From Patescibacteria group bacterium (GTDB lineage: Bacteria; Patescibacteriota; Saccharimonadia; UBA4664; SCTI01): 64,000 bases of DNA. Position 1 is the stretch's first letter. Every line of letters starts with the position of its first letter. Position numbers and translations under genes: made by a program. The stretch lies in NCBI GenBank assembly GCA_004297735.1, contig SCTI01000001.1, positions 51,467 to 115,466 on the forward strand, given 5' to 3'. The notes beneath the pieces are model-generated. The model saw nothing but the letters and a program-made list of their open reading frames with translations, ran no database searches and had not been told where the DNA came from. Shown here piece after piece: positions 27,540 to 38,894 of this stretch.

Positions 27540-28370
27540 ATGCAGGAACGACTTTGGCTCAAGGTTACGCATCTGCGTCTCTTCGACTGGCTGCTGCATG
27601 ACTACGGGGGCGGGGCGACCCACATCCTGTTCACGCTCAGCCTGGGAGACTTCCAGACCAGGAAATTCCATCTGACGCCGTCCGGAGTCGGGGTGGACGC
27701 CTTTGGCACTCCGAACACCGGTGGTTCAGGCGATCACATCGGTGCTGTGCCGGCGGACTACAAGCTCGCGGGTGTGCCGGTGCCAGATCTCATTCTCGGC
27801 GACCTTCTTGTCGAGGCGATCTGGAGACACTTCAGGCAGCCCCAGAATTGGGGTCAGCTACGGGAGTACTACAACGGTGGCCAGACGCCTTACGAGGTCA
27901 TCATCGCGCCAGAGCAGTGGGGCGGCCAGGCGTTGTGGATTCCGGTCGACTTCGTCGAGATCTTCAACCTGTTGCCGGCTTCGACCGGCTTGTATGCCGA
28001 TATTCGAATGGGTCATCACCTGCTCTTCCGGGAGCAGCTGCTTGACCGCCGCTACAAGTCGACGGTGATGGAACGGCCGCATCCGGGCGACTGGCAGACG
28101 ATCGATCGGCTGGCCCGCAGCGAAGAGGAGCTTTTTGAGGAGGCTCTTTTGCGCCGAACCTTCACGAATCCTCGAGTCAATGAGCTGATCGAGGCGGCGA
28201 CACAGCACGCCTGGGACAGTGGTATGTGGCGGGAATACAACCGTCTACGGTTCGGTCACAGCAAGGGTCGTGAGCACTACCTCTACGGTGTGCCGGGTGT
28301 CGATCCTGGTTCGGTGGCCCCGGGTCTGGTCATGAACCTCAGTCCGCCCCCGTCGGTCGTGGCGGCGTAG
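27540..28370 (+). CDS. Orphan hypothetical protein
   Basis: ORF MQERLW… behind the repeated leader; 3' hairpin at 28383-28412. Confidence 0.7.
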   Translation: MQERLWLKVTHLRLFDWLLHDYGGGATHILFTLSLGDFQTRKFHLTPSGVGVDAFGTPNTGGSGDHIGAVPADYKLAGVPVPDLILGDLLVEAIWRHFRQPQNWGQLREYYNGGQTPYEVIIAPEQWGGQALWIPVDFVEIFNLLPASTGLYADIRMGHHLLFREQLLDRRYKSTVMERPHPGDWQTIDRLARSEEELFEEALLRRTFTNPRVNELIEAATQHAWDSGMWREYNRLRFGHSKGREHYLYGVPGVDPGSVAPGLVMNLSPPPSVVAA

Positions 28371-28482
28371 TTCAATCTTTCGGGCGGCTCTGGCTTAACG
28401 GTCAGGGCCGCCGAGTTCGCAATTATCTCTCCCAAAAACCAATCAAAAATGCTACAATAGAGCCAAAATAAAGGGTAGCCGA

Positions 28483-29037
28483 ATGACACTTTGGATTATT
28501 TTAGGAATTGTGGCGGTTGTGGTGATCGCATTGATCTTGATTTATAACGGTTTGGTTACCGCCAAGCAGCGAGTTGAAGAGGCTTGGAGTGATATTAACG
28601 TGCAGCTTAAGCGCCGCTATGATTTGATCCCAAACCTGGTATCAACGGTCCAGGGCTACGCCAAGCACGAGTCAAAGGTGTTTGAGGACGTAACCAAGGC
28701 GCGCACCGCGGCTATGGGCGCACAAGACGTTCACGCCAAGGCCGAGACCGAAAACCAGTTGGCCGGTACGCTCAAAAGCTTGTTTGCGGTAGCCGAGGCC
28801 TACCCGGATTTGAAGGCCAACCAGAACTTTAAGGCGCTGCAGGATGAGCTAGTGGATACAGAAGATAAGATCCAGGCGTCACGTCGGTTCTACAATACCA
28901 ACGTGCGAGACTTTAATATCAAACTGGGAGTGTTCCCCAACAACTTAATTGCCGGCATGCTTGGGTTTAAGCCACGCGAGTTTTTTGAGGCCGATAATCA
29001 AGCCGAAATTAATGAACCGGTGGCGGTTAAGTTTTAA
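28483..29037 (+). CDS. lemA: LemA family protein
   Basis: AWSDINVQLKRRYDLIPNLV and AEAYPDLKAN motifs. Confidence 0.96.
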   Translation: MTLWIILGIVAVVVIALILIYNGLVTAKQRVEEAWSDINVQLKRRYDLIPNLVSTVQGYAKHESKVFEDVTKARTAAMGAQDVHAKAETENQLAGTLKSLFAVAEAYPDLKANQNFKALQDELVDTEDKIQASRRFYNTNVRDFNIKLGVFPNNLIAGMLGFKPREFFEADNQAEINEPVAVKF

Positions 29038-29062
29038 CTAAAAGTTAAGGAACGGTTAAGCA

Positions 29063-29494
29063 GTGCTCGAAAACGTTACTAAAACCTACGCCTGGCAAGA
29101 AGCGATGGAGCTGTCGCGCGAGCTGACACGGTTGTGCGAGGAGTTTAGCGACGGTGATCGTAATGTGCTGGTTGGCCATCTACGCCAAGCGGTGGTTGAG
29201 ATTCCGGCAACGGTAGCGGTTGATATTACGCTGGGCCGGCCGGCAACGCTGGAGCCGGCCATTCGTTTGGCAACCGAGCTGGAGCTGGTGCATCGAATTT
29301 ACCCAGCCATTGAGACCGGTACCGCGCCGCAGAAGCTAGAGGATTTATTGCGGCGGATGCGCTCAAACAATTTTACAGAGCAGGAGCCAGCCTCAGTCGA
29401 TGAGGCTGAAGAAGAGCAGCCCGCGCCCGAGCCAAACGAGGCTAGTCCAGCCGCCCCAACCTCAATTCCGGTTACCCCACAGCAAGAGGATTAA
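29063..29494 (+). CDS. Four-helix-bundle protein (23S rRNA IVS protein / Avd-like, divergent) with acidic tail
   Basis: AWQEAMEL…F…L..HLRQAVVEIPATVA resembles the family motif WQ.A..L…QLRRAA.SIP.NIA. Confidence 0.65.
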   Translation: MLENVTKTYAWQEAMELSRELTRLCEEFSDGDRNVLVGHLRQAVVEIPATVAVDITLGRPATLEPAIRLATELELVHRIYPAIETGTAPQKLEDLLRRMRSNNFTEQEPASVDEAEEEQPAPEPNEASPAAPTSIPVTPQQED

Positions 29495-29496
29495 AT

Positions 29497-30381
29497 ATGT
29501 ACACCGCCGTTAGTTCGAACAAGCGTAAAACCGTGCTATTAATGGCTCTGTTTGTGGCCTTTATCGCGACTTTGGGTTATGTGGTCGGGGTGATTAGCGA
29601 TAGTCCCGGGCTGCTTTACTTTTTTGGGATTGGGGCATTGGTGTACTCGATCGTAACCTACTTTTTGTCGGCTAAAATAGCGCTGGGAATGTCGGGCGCC
29701 CGCGAGATTAAAAAGTCGCAAGCTCCTGAGCTGTATCGGCTGGTCGAGAACTTGAGTATTACCGCCGGTTTACCAATGCCAAAGGTGTACATTATTGAAG
29801 ATAGCTCGCCCAACGCCTTTGCGACCGGGCGCGACCCCAAGCATGCCGCGGTTGCGGTGACCAGTGGGTTGCTAGAACGCCTGGAAAAGGATGAGCTGCA
29901 GGGAGTCTTGGCGCACGAGATGGCCCATGTTGGTAACTATGATATTCGGCTAATGAGCGTGGTAACCGCGCTGGTGAGTATTGTGTCGATTATTAGCGAC
30001 CTGCTGTTTCGAGTGAGTTTGTTTAACGGAGATGACGATAGCCCCAATCCATTGATGCTGGCAGTGGGGATTGTCCTAGCGATCCTAGCGCCGTTAATTG
30101 CTCTGGTGATTCAGCTGGCAATTTCGCGTCGGCGTGAGTATTTAGCAGATGCTACCGCGGTGCAGCTAACCCGTTACCCCGATGGTTTGGCCAAGGCGCT
30201 AGAAAAAATATCGCACGGCGAGCCAATGCACCGGACCTCGTCGGCCACCGCTCATTTATACATCGCTAATCCGCTAGGTGGTGGCAAGGGTATTGGCGGA
30301 GCGGTAGCAGGACTGTTTAGTACTCATCCACCAATCGAGGATCGAGTGGCACGCTTAAGACAGATGGGAGATGTGGTATGA
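29497..30381 (+). CDS. htpX: M48 family zinc metalloprotease HtpX
   Basis: PNAFATG, LAHEMAH, SRRREYLAD and FSTHPP motifs. Confidence 0.95.
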   Translation: MYTAVSSNKRKTVLLMALFVAFIATLGYVVGVISDSPGLLYFFGIGALVYSIVTYFLSAKIALGMSGAREIKKSQAPELYRLVENLSITAGLPMPKVYIIEDSSPNAFATGRDPKHAAVAVTSGLLERLEKDELQGVLAHEMAHVGNYDIRLMSVVTALVSIVSIISDLLFRVSLFNGDDDSPNPLMLAVGIVLAILAPLIALVIQLAISRRREYLADATAVQLTRYPDGLAKALEKISHGEPMHRTSSATAHLYIANPLGGGKGIGGAVAGLFSTHPPIEDRVARLRQMGDVV

Positions 30382-31127
30382 GTCAAAAGTTTAGTAGTCC
30401 GTTGCAGCTGGCCAAGGCCAGTTGGCAGCAAGGTCGCCAGCATTTAAAGCTGTTGTTGGGTATATCGGCGGTGGTCGGCATTCCTTCAACCCTTGCCAGC
30501 ACTTACCTGGTTGACCCAACCGCCGATAGTTCAATTTCGGCCTATATCGCCTTTGCTCAGCTGGCAATGAACGCGGCTTTAATCTATGCCGCAATCCAGC
30601 TGGCCAAAAGTAAGAAGGTGACGATTCGGCAGGCCTACTACCAGGGTTCCACTTTGTTGGTGCGCCTGGTGTTGTTCTCATTCTTGATGTTGCTATACGC
30701 TATTCCGCTGATGCTTGGTTTGCTGATGTTGTCGTTTGGGGTGTTTGCGCCCGGTTCAACCCTAACTTCGGTTGAATCACTGATTATTGGCGGCGTGGCT
30801 CTATTGATTACCATTCCTGGGCTGGTGCTACTGGTCAAGGGGATGTGGGGTGCCTTTGTGATTGGTGAGGGCAAGGCAGGCCCGATTGAGGCCTTGATTC
30901 AAAGTCATCGCCTAACCAAGGGTAAGGTCCGCAAAAGCTTGGCTCGCCTCTTAGCCTTGGCGGCAATTTTGGCGGTAAGCGTGGCAATACCGGCTGGGTT
31001 GCTGGTCGCTCTGGCGGCGCTGACCGGGATTCAAGCGCTGTCGGCCTTGGTGCAGTTTTTGGTGGTGGTAACGGTTGTACCTTACAGTACGCTGTACCTG
31101 TATAAGATGTACGTGGAACTTAAGTAG
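30378..31127 (+). CDS. Integral membrane hypothetical protein
   Basis: About six TM helices; coupled to htpX and ligA. Confidence 0.75.
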   Translation: MSQKFSSPLQLAKASWQQGRQHLKLLLGISAVVGIPSTLASTYLVDPTADSSISAYIAFAQLAMNAALIYAAIQLAKSKKVTIRQAYYQGSTLLVRLVLFSFLMLLYAIPLMLGLLMLSFGVFAPGSTLTSVESLIIGGVALLITIPGLVLLVKGMWGAFVIGEGKAGPIEALIQSHRLTKGKVRKSLARLLALAAILAVSVAIPAGLLVALAALTGIQALSALVQFLVVVTVVPYSTLYLYKMYVELK

Positions 31128-33140
<2,013 letters not shown>

Positions 33141-33164
33141 TCGCGCAATTTATAAGGCCTAAAT

Positions 33165-33484
33165 AGCTAAGCGGCGACGCAAATGGTATGAACTCTTCCC
33201 ACCGAAGTGGGCAACTGTTACCATTCGCGCCGCCGCATCTCGCCCGGATTGTCGCGAGGAGGGACTAGGCGAGAAGTTGAAAGCTGTCGGTTGTCTAGGG
33301 GGTAGACCTGACTGTGCGTGGTGGGTCAACCGGCGACCTGCGCCCGCAACCCTACGTCTCGCTCAGCAAGCAGCTCCGACAGCAAGAGACCCGATGGGTT
33401 TTGCCCTGGCATTCTCTTTCCCTTGGCTGCACAAGGATTTTGGGGACGTCCGCTTGATGGGTGGGGGTTCCCTCGCACGGAAGT
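33165..33484 (-). ncRNA. Candidate structured ncRNA 1 (about 320 nt)
   Basis: TTGACA-N17-TATTGT promoter at 33519-33491; series of long stems; C(UUCG)G loop and G-U pairs support the minus strand; no credible ORF. Confidence 0.65.
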
Positions 33485-33555
33485 ATTTTTACAATAGGCT
33501 TATTGATTGATGTTGTCAATTGGTGGTAACTATATAAATTATTGTAATAATGCAC

Positions 33556-33579
33556 AAAAAAGCGCTACCGAAGTAGCGC
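33556..33579 (-). terminator. Intrinsic terminator
   Basis: GCGCTAC-TTCG-GTAGCGC-TTTTTT. Confidence 0.88.
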
Positions 33580-33823
33580 GTAGCTTAAGCGAAGCCTAGG
33601 CTGTAAGTTGGTGACCCGGGTGGTGCCGGCGATGCAAGGACAAGTCCAAGAATCGACCGACACCACCTGAGCGTCTCCCTCCCCTGGGAGGCCCGCTGGG
33701 CGGGCACGCTTGTGAAGTTTTGTGCACCCCGGGGCGGCTCTTGGGAGAGGCTCCCCGGGGTGCTGATCGAGGTGTCGGGCGAGTGGCCGGGAGCTGTTCA
33801 AGAACTCGGTGCTCGCTCGAGAC
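33556..33823 (-). ncRNA. Candidate structured ncRNA 2 (about 265 nt)
   Basis: TTGACA-N18-CAAAAT promoter at 33859-33830; multiple stems; ends in a terminator. Confidence 0.62.
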
Positions 33824-33899
33824 TCACTCATTTTGCCTCTAAGTGCCATTTACTGTCAACCCTTTGCTCAATCTGGCTGCCATCAGGTACAATATGTTT

Positions 33900-34187
33900 A
33901 TGTCGAAAATTACCCCGGACGAGGTTCGCCGCGTCGCTGAATTAGCCCATATTGGCTTGGCCGAGGATCAAATTGATCACTTTGCGCGCGAGTTAGATCA
34001 AATCGTTGGCTTCGTTGAACAGTTACAAAAAGTTGATGTTAGTGGCATAGAACCAACCGACCAGGTTACCGGTTTAGTGGATGTATGGCGTGAGGACGAG
34101 GTTAAACCCGGTCTGTCTCATGATGACCTCAAGCTCAATGCTCCCGATTGGAAAGACGGACAGTTTAAGGTAAAGAGGGTGCTATAG
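33900..34187 (+). CDS. gatC: Asp/Glu-tRNA amidotransferase subunit C
   Basis: ITPDEVRRVAELAHI…REDEV…FKVKRVL; directly upstream of gatA. Confidence 0.95.
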   Translation: MSKITPDEVRRVAELAHIGLAEDQIDHFARELDQIVGFVEQLQKVDVSGIEPTDQVTGLVDVWREDEVKPGLSHDDLKLNAPDWKDGQFKVKRVL

Positions 34188-35638
34188 TGGCCGATCTTAA
34201 GCGACCAATTGCCGAGTTGGCCGGTGAGGTGCAAGCCGGCAAGCTAACAGCGGTTGAGTTGGTCAAAGCCAGCCTGTCAGCGATTGACGGCGCCGAAGAT
34301 CATCACGCCATCCTCGAAAAGAACGAGGAGGCGTTGGCGCGCGCCCAAGAGATTGATGAGCGTGTTAAAAAGGGCGACAAGGTCGGCCGCTTAGCCGGTA
34401 TTCCCTATATCGCCAAGGATAACTTTTTAACTAAGGGTACGCATACCACCGCTTCTAGCAACATCCTAAAGCCATTCAAGGCGCCATATCAGTCAACCGT
34501 TATAGAGAGGTTGGAGGATGAGGGAGCAGTCATGGTTGGTAAGGCCAACCTGGATGCGTTTGCGCACGGCTCTTCAACCGAAAATAGCGATTTTGGCCCC
34601 ACCAAAAACCCGCACGATGCAACGCGAACTCCGGGCGGTTCCTCCGGTGGCTCAGCTGCCGCCGTGGCCTTGGGTCTGGCCTGCTTTGCGCTGGGTACCG
34701 ATACCGGTGGTTCAATCCGTCAGCCAGCGGCCTTTACCGGCACGGTTGGGCTCAAGCCAACCTATGGCTTGGTTAGTAGGTATGGAGTTGTGGCGATGGG
34801 TAGCTCGGTAGACGTAATTGGTCCGCTGACCAACTCGGTCGCAGACGCGGCGCTGGTGCTAGATGTTATGGCCGGCCAAGATTCAGCCGATGCCACTACC
34901 ATTGAGCGTGATTCGGAATCCTACACTCGGATCAAAGGCGACCTTAAGGGTAAAAAAGTCGGTTTGATAAAGGAGTATCTGGGTGAAGGAATTGATCCAA
35001 AGGTAAAGGCTTCAATTATGCAGGCCGCCGAGCAGATGAAGCAGGCGGGAGCCGTAGTCGAGGAGGTTTCGCTGCCATCGACCGATTTGGGCCTGGCTGC
35101 ATACTATATTTTGGTTCCAGCCGAGGTTAGCTCAAACCTGGCCAGATACGATGGGATTCGTTATGGTCACAGCTCAAAGGATGCTACCACCATGCACGAC
35201 ACCTTTCTTAAAAGTCGCAATGAGGGATTTGGCGACGAGGCTAAGCGCCGCATTATGATCGGCACCTATGTGCTATCTAGCGGTTACTATGATGCCTACT
35301 ACAAACGGGCGCAAAAGGTTCGCACCGTGCTACGAAATGAGTTTAACCAGGCGTTTGAGCGCTACGATTTGCTGCTTGGGCCAACCACGCCAACACCGGC
35401 CTTTAAGCTGGGCGAAAAAAACCACGATCCGCTATCGATGTATCTGTCGGATGTTTACACCGTGGTGGTGAACCTGGTCGGTTGTTGCTCGATCAGTCTA
35501 CCAAGCGGCTTGGTTGATGGCCTACCGGTGGGCTTACAGCTGATTGGCCCACAACTGGGCGAGCGAGAGCTACTTGGCTCAGCCGTAGGGGTTGAAGAGC
35601 TATTGGGTGAAAACTCCGCTAAGGAGGTGACGCTATGA
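34187..35638 (+). CDS. gatA: Asp/Glu-tRNA amidotransferase subunit A
   Basis: Amidase signature PGGSSGGSAAAV, GTDTGGSIRQPA, SSNLARYDG. Confidence 0.98.
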   Translation: MADLKRPIAELAGEVQAGKLTAVELVKASLSAIDGAEDHHAILEKNEEALARAQEIDERVKKGDKVGRLAGIPYIAKDNFLTKGTHTTASSNILKPFKAPYQSTVIERLEDEGAVMVGKANLDAFAHGSSTENSDFGPTKNPHDATRTPGGSSGGSAAAVALGLACFALGTDTGGSIRQPAAFTGTVGLKPTYGLVSRYGVVAMGSSVDVIGPLTNSVADAALVLDVMAGQDSADATTIERDSESYTRIKGDLKGKKVGLIKEYLGEGIDPKVKASIMQAAEQMKQAGAVVEEVSLPSTDLGLAAYYILVPAEVSSNLARYDGIRYGHSSKDATTMHDTFLKSRNEGFGDEAKRRIMIGTYVLSSGYYDAYYKRAQKVRTVLRNEFNQAFERYDLLLGPTTPTPAFKLGEKNHDPLSMYLSDVYTVVVNLVGCCSISLPSGLVDGLPVGLQLIGPQLGERELLGSAVGVEELLGENSAKEVTL

Positions 35639-36078
35639 TTTGGATGCTAATCGCGGCCTTAGCGCTTGGCTTGTTGCTGATTGCTGTAATCAGTGCCGAC
35701 CAGTCTAAAAAGCCGAAAAAGCGCAACGGTAAACGTCGTTACGCCAACCGGATCGGGTCGGTCGACAAAGAGTTTGTGCAAACTCGTTGGGTGGCCATCG
35801 AGGGTATGGCCAGCGGCGGGGGCAGCTTGCGCGACGCCGTCAGCGAGGCCGATAAGCTGGTTGATTATGTGCTCAAGCAGTCTGGAGTACCTGGTGAGAC
35901 TATGGGCGAACGGCTTAAGAGCGGTGGCGACCGGTTTAGCGACATTAATGCTATCTGGCGGGCTCATAAGCTGCGCAATGCCTTGGCGCACGAGGCCAAG
36001 TTCGACCTGGTTCCAAGCATGGCCCGCGAGGCCATTGCCGACTTCCGCCAAGGCCTTAAAGATCTGGGGGCACTATGA
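35635..36078 (+). CDS. Membrane-anchored hypothetical protein with HEPN-like RxxxxH motif
   Basis: N-terminal TM; EADKL…GETMGERLK…AHKLRNALAHE. Confidence 0.75.
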   Translation: MIWMLIAALALGLLLIAVISADQSKKPKKRNGKRRYANRIGSVDKEFVQTRWVAIEGMASGGGSLRDAVSEADKLVDYVLKQSGVPGETMGERLKSGGDRFSDINAIWRAHKLRNALAHEAKFDLVPSMAREAIADFRQGLKDLGAL

Positions 36079-37520
36079 GTAAATACGAAGTCGTTATCGG
36101 CATTGAGACTCACGTGCAGTTGAGAACTAAGACTAAGTTGTTTTGTAGTTGTAATAACGACGCCCGAGATGAAGCTCCAAATAAGTATGTCTGCCCGGTA
36201 TGTACCGGTATGCCTGGAGCGCTACCGGTGCTCAATAAGCGAGCGGTGGATCTCTCGTTGCAGGCCGGCCATGCACTCAATGCGTATGAGAACACTACAG
36301 AGTTCCACTCTAAGTTCGACCGCAAGAACTACTTTTATCCCGACAGTCCAATGAACTACCAGATAACTCAGTTCGATGAGCCAATCGTGGGGAAGGGTTA
36401 CGTTGAGTTCCCAGTCAACGGTGAAACCAAGCGAGTTGGCATTACGCGAGCTCATCTGGAGGCCGATGCCGGTAAGTTGACTCACCCAGCCGGCACCGAC
36501 TACTCCTTGGTCGACCTCAACCGCGCCGGTACTCCACTGCTCGAGATTGTCAGCGAGCCGGATATGCGCAGTGCGGCTGAGGCTAAGGCTTACGCCCAGG
36601 AGCTGTATAACCTGATGCGCTACGCCGGCGTGAGCGACGCCAACTTGTATTACGGCAACATGCGTTTTGACGTAAACGTTAGCTTACGCCCGATTGGTAG
36701 CAAAGAGTTTGGCACTCGCACCGAGAGCAAGAACCTTAACTCCTTCCGCGCTGTCGCCGGAGTGGTTGAGTATGAGACCAAGCGCCAAACCGAGCTGCTG
36801 GATAAGGGTGAGAAGATCATTCAGGAAACTCGCGGCTGGGATGAGAATAAAAATGTGACCTTCAGCCAGCGCTCCAAAGAAGAGGCACATGACTACCGTT
36901 ACTTCCCAGAGCCGGATATCCCACCGCTCGTGGTTACGGAGAAGATGCTCGGTGAGGCTAAGGGAGGTTTCAATATAATGCCAAAAGATATACGTGAAGC
37001 TCTCGCGGAAGCTAAAATTAAATCAAATGAGATGGAGGCGCTTATTGGCGACCCTGAGGCCTCTCGCTTTTGGCTACAAGTTGTGGCTGAAAATCCTGCC
37101 TACGCCCATTTCGCATTTAATTGGTTGATTGGAGATCGTATTAGGCTCGAGGATGATAAAAATGAAAGCCTCGCCGAATCCGCAGTTGATGTAACGACGT
37201 TGACGGGAGTTGCTAAGCTGATCGATTTAGGCAAGATTAGCTCGACCAACGCTAAGATTTTACTCGAGAGGTTATGGGATATAGATGAAGACCCTCTTGT
37301 AGTTGCGGATCAAAACGACCTCCTCCAAAACTCCGATACCGGTGAGCTCGAGAAGATCGTGGATGAGGTTATTGCCGCCAATCCCGGTCCGTGGGAGCAG
37401 CTTAAAGCTGGCGAGACAAAAGTCCTGGGCTTTCTGGTAGGTCAGGTTATGAAGGCCTCAAAAGGACAGGCCAATCCGCCAATGGTTAATGATATACTAA
37501 AGAAAAAGTTAGGAAGCTAG
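36075..37520 (+). CDS. gatB: Asp/Glu-tRNA amidotransferase subunit B
   Basis: IGIETHVQL, FDRKNYFYPD, DLNRAGTPLLEIVSEP and DYRYFPEPD motifs. Confidence 0.98.
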   Translation: MSKYEVVIGIETHVQLRTKTKLFCSCNNDARDEAPNKYVCPVCTGMPGALPVLNKRAVDLSLQAGHALNAYENTTEFHSKFDRKNYFYPDSPMNYQITQFDEPIVGKGYVEFPVNGETKRVGITRAHLEADAGKLTHPAGTDYSLVDLNRAGTPLLEIVSEPDMRSAAEAKAYAQELYNLMRYAGVSDANLYYGNMRFDVNVSLRPIGSKEFGTRTESKNLNSFRAVAGVVEYETKRQTELLDKGEKIIQETRGWDENKNVTFSQRSKEEAHDYRYFPEPDIPPLVVTEKMLGEAKGGFNIMPKDIREALAEAKIKSNEMEALIGDPEASRFWLQVVAENPAYAHFAFNWLIGDRIRLEDDKNESLAESAVDVTTLTGVAKLIDLGKISSTNAKILLERLWDIDEDPLVVADQNDLLQNSDTGELEKIVDEVIAANPGPWEQLKAGETKVLGFLVGQVMKASKGQANPPMVNDILKKKLGS

Positions 37521-38078
37521 GTGACTTCACTCGATCTATCATTTGAAAGCTTACTTGATCCGGTTACGCAGGCCTTAAACGAGATTTTACCCAAAATACC
37601 GCTAGCTATTTTGATATTGCTAGCTGGTGTTGTAGCTATTCGAATTATTTCTTGGGTGATGCGGTGGCTGATAAATCAGTTTAATGTACCCAAGGGCCTG
37701 CAGGGCATTATCATGTCGCTGTTTAACTCCCTGCTGCTCATCTTTTTGGTGATTGTCTTCCTGCAATCGCTGGGCTTGAGCAATGTCGCCTTTATCTTTT
37801 CGGCAGCGGTGGCCGCTACCGGCTTGGCGATCGGTAATGGTTCGGTAACCTTAATCAGCGACATCATATCTGGTATTTATTTGGCGCGTGATCGTAACTT
37901 TTCGATTGGCGACATTGTTCGCGCCGGTGAGGAGCCGGTTGAGGGGGAGATTATTGGTATGGATATGCGCCGGACTCGGATTAAGGACGCTAGCGGGCAC
38001 GTTCATAGTCTGCCCAACTCAGTCGTTGAGCGTAAGGCATACGTACTGATTACTAAAAAACGCGACCGCAAGCTGTAA
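37521..38078 (+). CDS. Small-conductance mechanosensitive channel (MscS family, short form)
   Basis: Three TMs followed by SDIISGIYL…FSIGDIV…EGEII…RRTRI…LPNS. Confidence 0.85.
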   Translation: MTSLDLSFESLLDPVTQALNEILPKIPLAILILLAGVVAIRIISWVMRWLINQFNVPKGLQGIIMSLFNSLLLIFLVIVFLQSLGLSNVAFIFSAAVAATGLAIGNGSVTLISDIISGIYLARDRNFSIGDIVRAGEEPVEGEIIGMDMRRTRIKDASGHVHSLPNSVVERKAYVLITKKRDRKL

Positions 38079-38145
38079 GTAACGGTATCCAGGCTTGCCA
38101 GCCACCCAAAAAAGCGGGATAATAAGGTTATAACGGGTACCAATT

Positions 38146-38403
38146 ATGCAAGATGTACAAGCGGTTTTGGTTACGATTCTAGGTATTGGCTTTGCCGTAT
38201 TTTTAATCATGGCCATTATTACCGTTTCGATTGCGATTAAGATTTTAACCAACATCCGCCACATCACTCAGCGCTTGGACGAAACCACCACCAGTGCCAG
38301 CGAGTTTATGAAGTACTTTGGTAAGAGCGTCGGACCGGCGGCGGCTTCGGCAGTAGCGTCGGTAGTGGCTCGTAGCATTAAGAACGGTTTTAAGAGGAAA
38401 TAG
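38146..38403 (+). CDS. Small membrane protein
   Basis: N-terminal TM, upstream of the YtxH-like gene. Confidence 0.7.
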   Translation: MQDVQAVLVTILGIGFAVFLIMAIITVSIAIKILTNIRHITQRLDETTTSASEFMKYFGKSVGPAAASAVASVVARSIKNGFKRK

Positions 38404-38405
38404 CG

Positions 38406-38894
38406 ATGGCAAAGGAGGTAAAGGTGAAGGATCATAGCAAGGGATTTTTAAAGGGCAGTATGATTGGCGCCGCGATCGGAGCGGTAGCGGCGTTGCTGCT
38501 GGCGCCCAAGAGTGGCAAAGAGACGCAGGCCGATATTAAAAACACCGCTAAAAAGGTGGTGCGTGACGCCGATGTTAAGATTGCAGATCTTGAGCGAGAG
38601 CTTGATGGGCGGATCGACAACCTTAAGATTGCCGCCAAGGAGCTGCACGGCGAGGCTTACGAAGAAAGCCAGCGCCTAATTACGCGAGCCGAGCTGCTCA
38701 AGCAGGACCTACAGGATTCGGCAACACGTATCGCCAAAGAGGGCAAAGAGGTTCATAGCGACGCCATGACCGACGCCAAGCGACTGTTAAATGAAGGAAG
38801 TGCGGTGTTGAGCGAGCTAGAGCGAACCACCAAAAAGATTGTTGGCTCAGCTAAGAATAAGGCAAGTGATCAGTTCAAAAACAATGACCGATAA
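38406..38894 (+). CDS. YtxH domain protein
   Basis: GFLKGSMIGAAIGAVAALLLAPKSGKET. Confidence 0.88.
   Translation: MAKEVKVKDHSKGFLKGSMIGAAIGAVAALLLAPKSGKETQADIKNTAKKVVRDADVKIADLERELDGRIDNLKIAAKELHGEAYEESQRLITRAELLKQDLQDSATRIAKEGKEVHSDAMTDAKRLLNEGSAVLSELERTTKKIVGSAKNKASDQFKNNDR

Noticed and set aside
29063-29494. Diversity-generating retroelement
   Set aside because: Only an Avd-like fold; no reverse transcriptase and no adenine-specific TR/VR repeat pair seen
33165-33823. Possible RNase P RNA, SRP RNA, 6S RNA or full tmRNA
   Set aside because: No GAGGAAAGUCC or terminal P4 motifs, no SRP domain IV, not a single 6S-like rod, and no GGGG…CCA acceptor ends
33277-33945. Short ORFs on both strands in the ligA-gatC gap
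   Set aside because: Low-complexity translations with no convincing start signals, overlapping strong RNA stems
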